Assembly: GCF_000981445.1 (NCBI RefSeq)
Contig: NC_027217.1
Coordinates: 682,001 to 746,000 of the forward strand
DNA from: Babesia bigemina
Taxonomy: Eukaryota
DNA: 64,000 nucleotides
Direction: 5' to 3'
How positions within the stretch are numbered: the first letter of the stretch is position 1; each line of letters opens with the position of its first letter. A program made the translations under genes and the position numbers. The notes below the pieces were generated by a model. It was not told the origin of the DNA. It saw only the letters and a list, made by a program, of their open reading frames with translations, and ran no database searches. This document shows positions 60,736-64,000 of the stretch, piece after piece.

Positions 60736-61413
60736 ATGTCGTCCAAGAAGGCCTCCAAGGCGGGCGCCGAGGGCTCCGGTGAGACCGCCGCGGCTGCTCC
60801 TGCGGCCGCTGCCAGCACTCCTCTCGGCCCCCAGAACAAGGGTGAGCAGGTCTTCGGCGTGGCCCACATCTTCGCCTCCTTCAACGACACCTTCATCCAT
60901 GTCACCGATCTTTCTGGCCGTGAAACTCTCGTCCGTGTGACAGGTATGTGACTTGCCTGTGTAATTGCCGCGGGTGTGGCTGCTCTCAACCGCCGTGTTT
61001 CCGTTTGTGAGTGATGTGGGTATGCAAGTTGTTATGCACTGTGTTATGGGTGCTCATTATGGCGTATTTTGTACCACGAACGCGTGTTTTCGTTGATGAA
61101 ACTTTATTGCGGCATTCATCGGTTTTTAGGTGGTATGAAGGTGAAGGCTGACCGTGACGAGTCCAGCCCTTACGCTGCTATGATGGCAGCCCAGGACGTC
61201 GCTGCAAGGCTTAAGGAGCTTGGCATCACTGCCGTTCACATTAAGCTGCGCGCCACTGGAGGCACGAGGTCGAAGACCCCTGGCCCCGGTGCGCAATCTG
61301 CTCTTCGTTCGCTTGCCCGTTCCGGACTTAAGATCGGCAGGATCGAGGACGTCACTCCCATCCCCACCGACTCCACCAGGAGGAAGTGCGGTAGGAGAGG
61401 TAGGAGGTTGTGA
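60736..61413 (+). CDS. RPS14: 40S ribosomal protein S14 (uS11)
   Basis: [25 protein letters not shown]...[18 protein letters not shown]...GRRGRRL; intron about 60944-61130. Confidence 0.98.
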
Positions 61414-62509
61414 TTTTTCGGCGTGGCCATTTTGGCTAACCTTTTGCTAATGTGGTCAATGTTTTACTGCATCTAGTGTTCACAAACGTCCCCTCATTGT
61501 AGCTTTGTGAATGGTGGGCTGTTCGTAGCCGTCAATTCAGTCGCTTGTGCCCCTATATGCTTCGGGTGGGATGCGTGTCGCGTTGGGCTCCCCGCAGCTC
61601 CGTCAACGCGCTCGCCGCTCATTTGCCATAATACTGCGCCACTTGTGCGCCGTATTTTGGAAAACATTTTTTTGGCTGATTTTGCGCTTTCACATAACTT
61701 TATGATGCCCTGCGCCAGTTGCACTAGGGCGCACCTCCTGCTGCCTGTCTAGTGTTCCGTAGCCGCGCCCGGCCGGCCGTACGCTCCCGCGTCGTCACAA
61801 CAGATCCACGGTATCTCACACAGTTAGAAAAGCGTCGATACCTTCTCGTGTCACACGTAACACATCAGGACCGGCGCCGAGCCTCTGTTTGTAACAAAGG
61901 TTCGACTGTCTACTCCCGGCCTGATCTCCGTAGTTGACACAGCAGACATCTTTAAAGCCATCGTGTCTCGTTAATCAGACGGCACAGATCGTACTGTGAA
62001 TGTGTCAATAGGTAGGTCGAGTCCATCTGGTTCTGTGCATAAGACATGTGCGAGCACTGTTCCGCGGTTTCAGCGCTGTTTATGTATTTGCTGCGCTCCG
62101 TATATGTGTAGGAATGCGATAGGAGCGGTTGTGAACCGATGTGTGCGTGTTTCGTGTTTATGTGTACGATGCGTTTTTCGTGTCTTCGTTGCATTCGCGG
62201 CGGTGCGGCCGGTAGCGCTCTCCTCGTGCCCTTATCAGTGTTCATATACGCGTGTTCGTCGGCCATGAACGCAACTCATGCTGGTGTGTAGGCATTTGTG
62301 CGACTGTGTCGCTTCTTACTGGCGCCGATTGTTGAGGACGCTCGTAGCTGCTTCTTGCGCCCAACTGTGACGTGAAATAACGTCTGTTGCCGTGCAACCT
62401 CTGTGAAGATCCGGAAAAGTTATGGCAGTGCTGTGCGCTGTGTTGTCCACTGCCGCCTTTCAACTGTTGCGATAGCTGTCGTGGACGATGTGAACACCAC
62501 TGGCGAAGG

Positions 62510-64000
62510 ATGAGTAACGACGTACAAGTTTCTGGCGCTATGACGGGGCATTCACGCAGCCTGACAGGCGCGCGCTGGCGTTACGCCTGGGTGTTGGCGT
62601 TAATATGTGGCGCAGCATGCGCCTCGGCGCTCGACGCCGCGGAGTTGCCACGCCACCTGAGGGACCATTCTTACGCAAAGATGTCTGAGAACCCGTCGGA
62701 TACAGAAGCGATTGGTTACAATGACGAGAGCGTTGACAGTGTCGGAGAACGTGGACGGCACCCTTTGACTGGTACGTTGATTGCGGCAGTTAGTTAATCA
62801 TGTCCTTCAGTTGTGGGTATGGCTGGCGAGTTCGAGGGATTTTTGGAGCTCTATGATCAGGATGACGACACCGCCGCCGGCTTGAGTTTCATGGAGATCG
62901 CAGACGGCCCTGAGGATGCGCCGGCGGGCGAGCCGGCACTGGCCCAAGCACCAGTGCAGGAACCCGCTGCTGTGCCTGCACCGGCGGAAGCCCCGCAGTC
63001 GGGAAAGCCTTCCAAGAGTCTCATCAGTTTCCGCCGCAAAACGGCTACTAGCGCTGCCCCGGCAGCCGCTCCGCCTTCTAATCCGCTGGGATTCTTAGGC
63101 TCAATCTTCAAGCCTACGGTAAGCGTTCTTCAGCGTGTTGGAGATGCATGTTTCGCAGTTCAAACCCGGTAAGAAGTACAAATTCCGCAACGTCAACATG
63201 GAGCTGGTTGACACTCACCTCGACTTGCTGGATCCCAACGGCGTCATTCAGGGCCGTTTCACGATGAGCGATGAGGACAGCCACACGCTGTCGATTCTGA
63301 CTGCTTTGAAGCAGCGGAAGTTCACCAAGTGTGACGTGAAATGGGTGCCTGCACCCAAAGGATCCAAGGATGGCATGGGTCACATCCAGTTCGACTGCAA
63401 GACCAAGGTGCCCGCCGTGGGTTACGCCGGCCAGATCCCGATTGCCGTTTACGTGACCGGCCTGAGCAAAGAGAAGCATCAGAAGATCTACATCAACACC
63501 GACGGCCTGAACTTCCGTCGCGACTTTGAGGATATTGATCAGATCCGTTACGCAATTTTGCAGGCCCTGGGCATAGACTTGGACCACCAGATCACCATCA
63601 CCGAGGTGAACGGCCACCACTACAAGGACGACGCGTCGACGTACCAAGCCATTGCGAAATTGGTGGAGTCCGGGGGCACGATCATCAAGGTGACGGTGAA
63701 GCCGATGATCCGCCTGGAGGCGAACGTGCAGGAACCGTACTCGCCCACGTCGGAGAACTTCAACCATGAGCTTGGCAACATGACCATCGACGATTACGTG
63801 AAGACGCTCAAGAACCGGAAGAAGCTGTCCCAGCTCGCTCACGACAGCCTCGGTGAGAACGCGGAGGGGTTCACCTTGGTGGGCATCAACGAGCTCCACG
63901 AGGGGTCTAAGGGGTTCAACGGCAAGAACCCCTCCAAGATGCCGATCGAGATCGATGAGAAGCTGACCTTCATGCCAGACGTGACGGTGCGTTTCAACTA
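62510..64000 (+). CDS. Secreted protein (partial; runs off the window), possibly rhoptry
   Basis: Signal-like YAWVLALICGAACASA; exons about 62510-62771, 62811-63118 and 63159-end (open, with strong C/G-ending codon bias). Confidence 0.7.

Noticed and set aside
60944..61130. Long RPS14 intron as a snoRNA host
   Set aside because: No C box with a downstream CTGA D box and no clear H/ACA layout; only a small GATGAA/TTCATC hairpin.

Overview
Eukaryotic, intron-containing DNA from an apicomplexan piroplasm, most likely a Babesia of the B. bigemina/B. ovata group (inferred from VESA/ves-like proteins, s48/45 6-Cys fragments and ~35-nt GT-AG introns). The window has compact housekeeping blocks: KAE1, RPN9, a SpoU-like protein, SDS22, RACK1, RPAP1, NLE1, RPC3, a claudin-like protein, RPL12, organellar IF2, a phosducin-like protein, TruA and RPS14. 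These alternate with accessory islands at about 2.4-20 kb and 49-57.5 kb. Main observations: (1) a mirror-image cassette [6-Cys fragment > ves1 fragment > short ves-like gene >] core gene + 5S rRNA [< short ves-like gene < ves1 fragment < 6-Cys fragment] containing an 817-bp inverted repeat; (2) a 481-nt last intron of NLE1 holding an array of hairpin-CCAA units and strand-biased TGCC motifs; (3) box C/D snoRNA(s) in RACK1 intron 1, one U29/snR71-like; (4) a transferable acidic-repeat/basic tail plus 3' flank shared by two ves-like genes 34 kb apart. Exon boundaries and homologies were read by eye; no searches were run.
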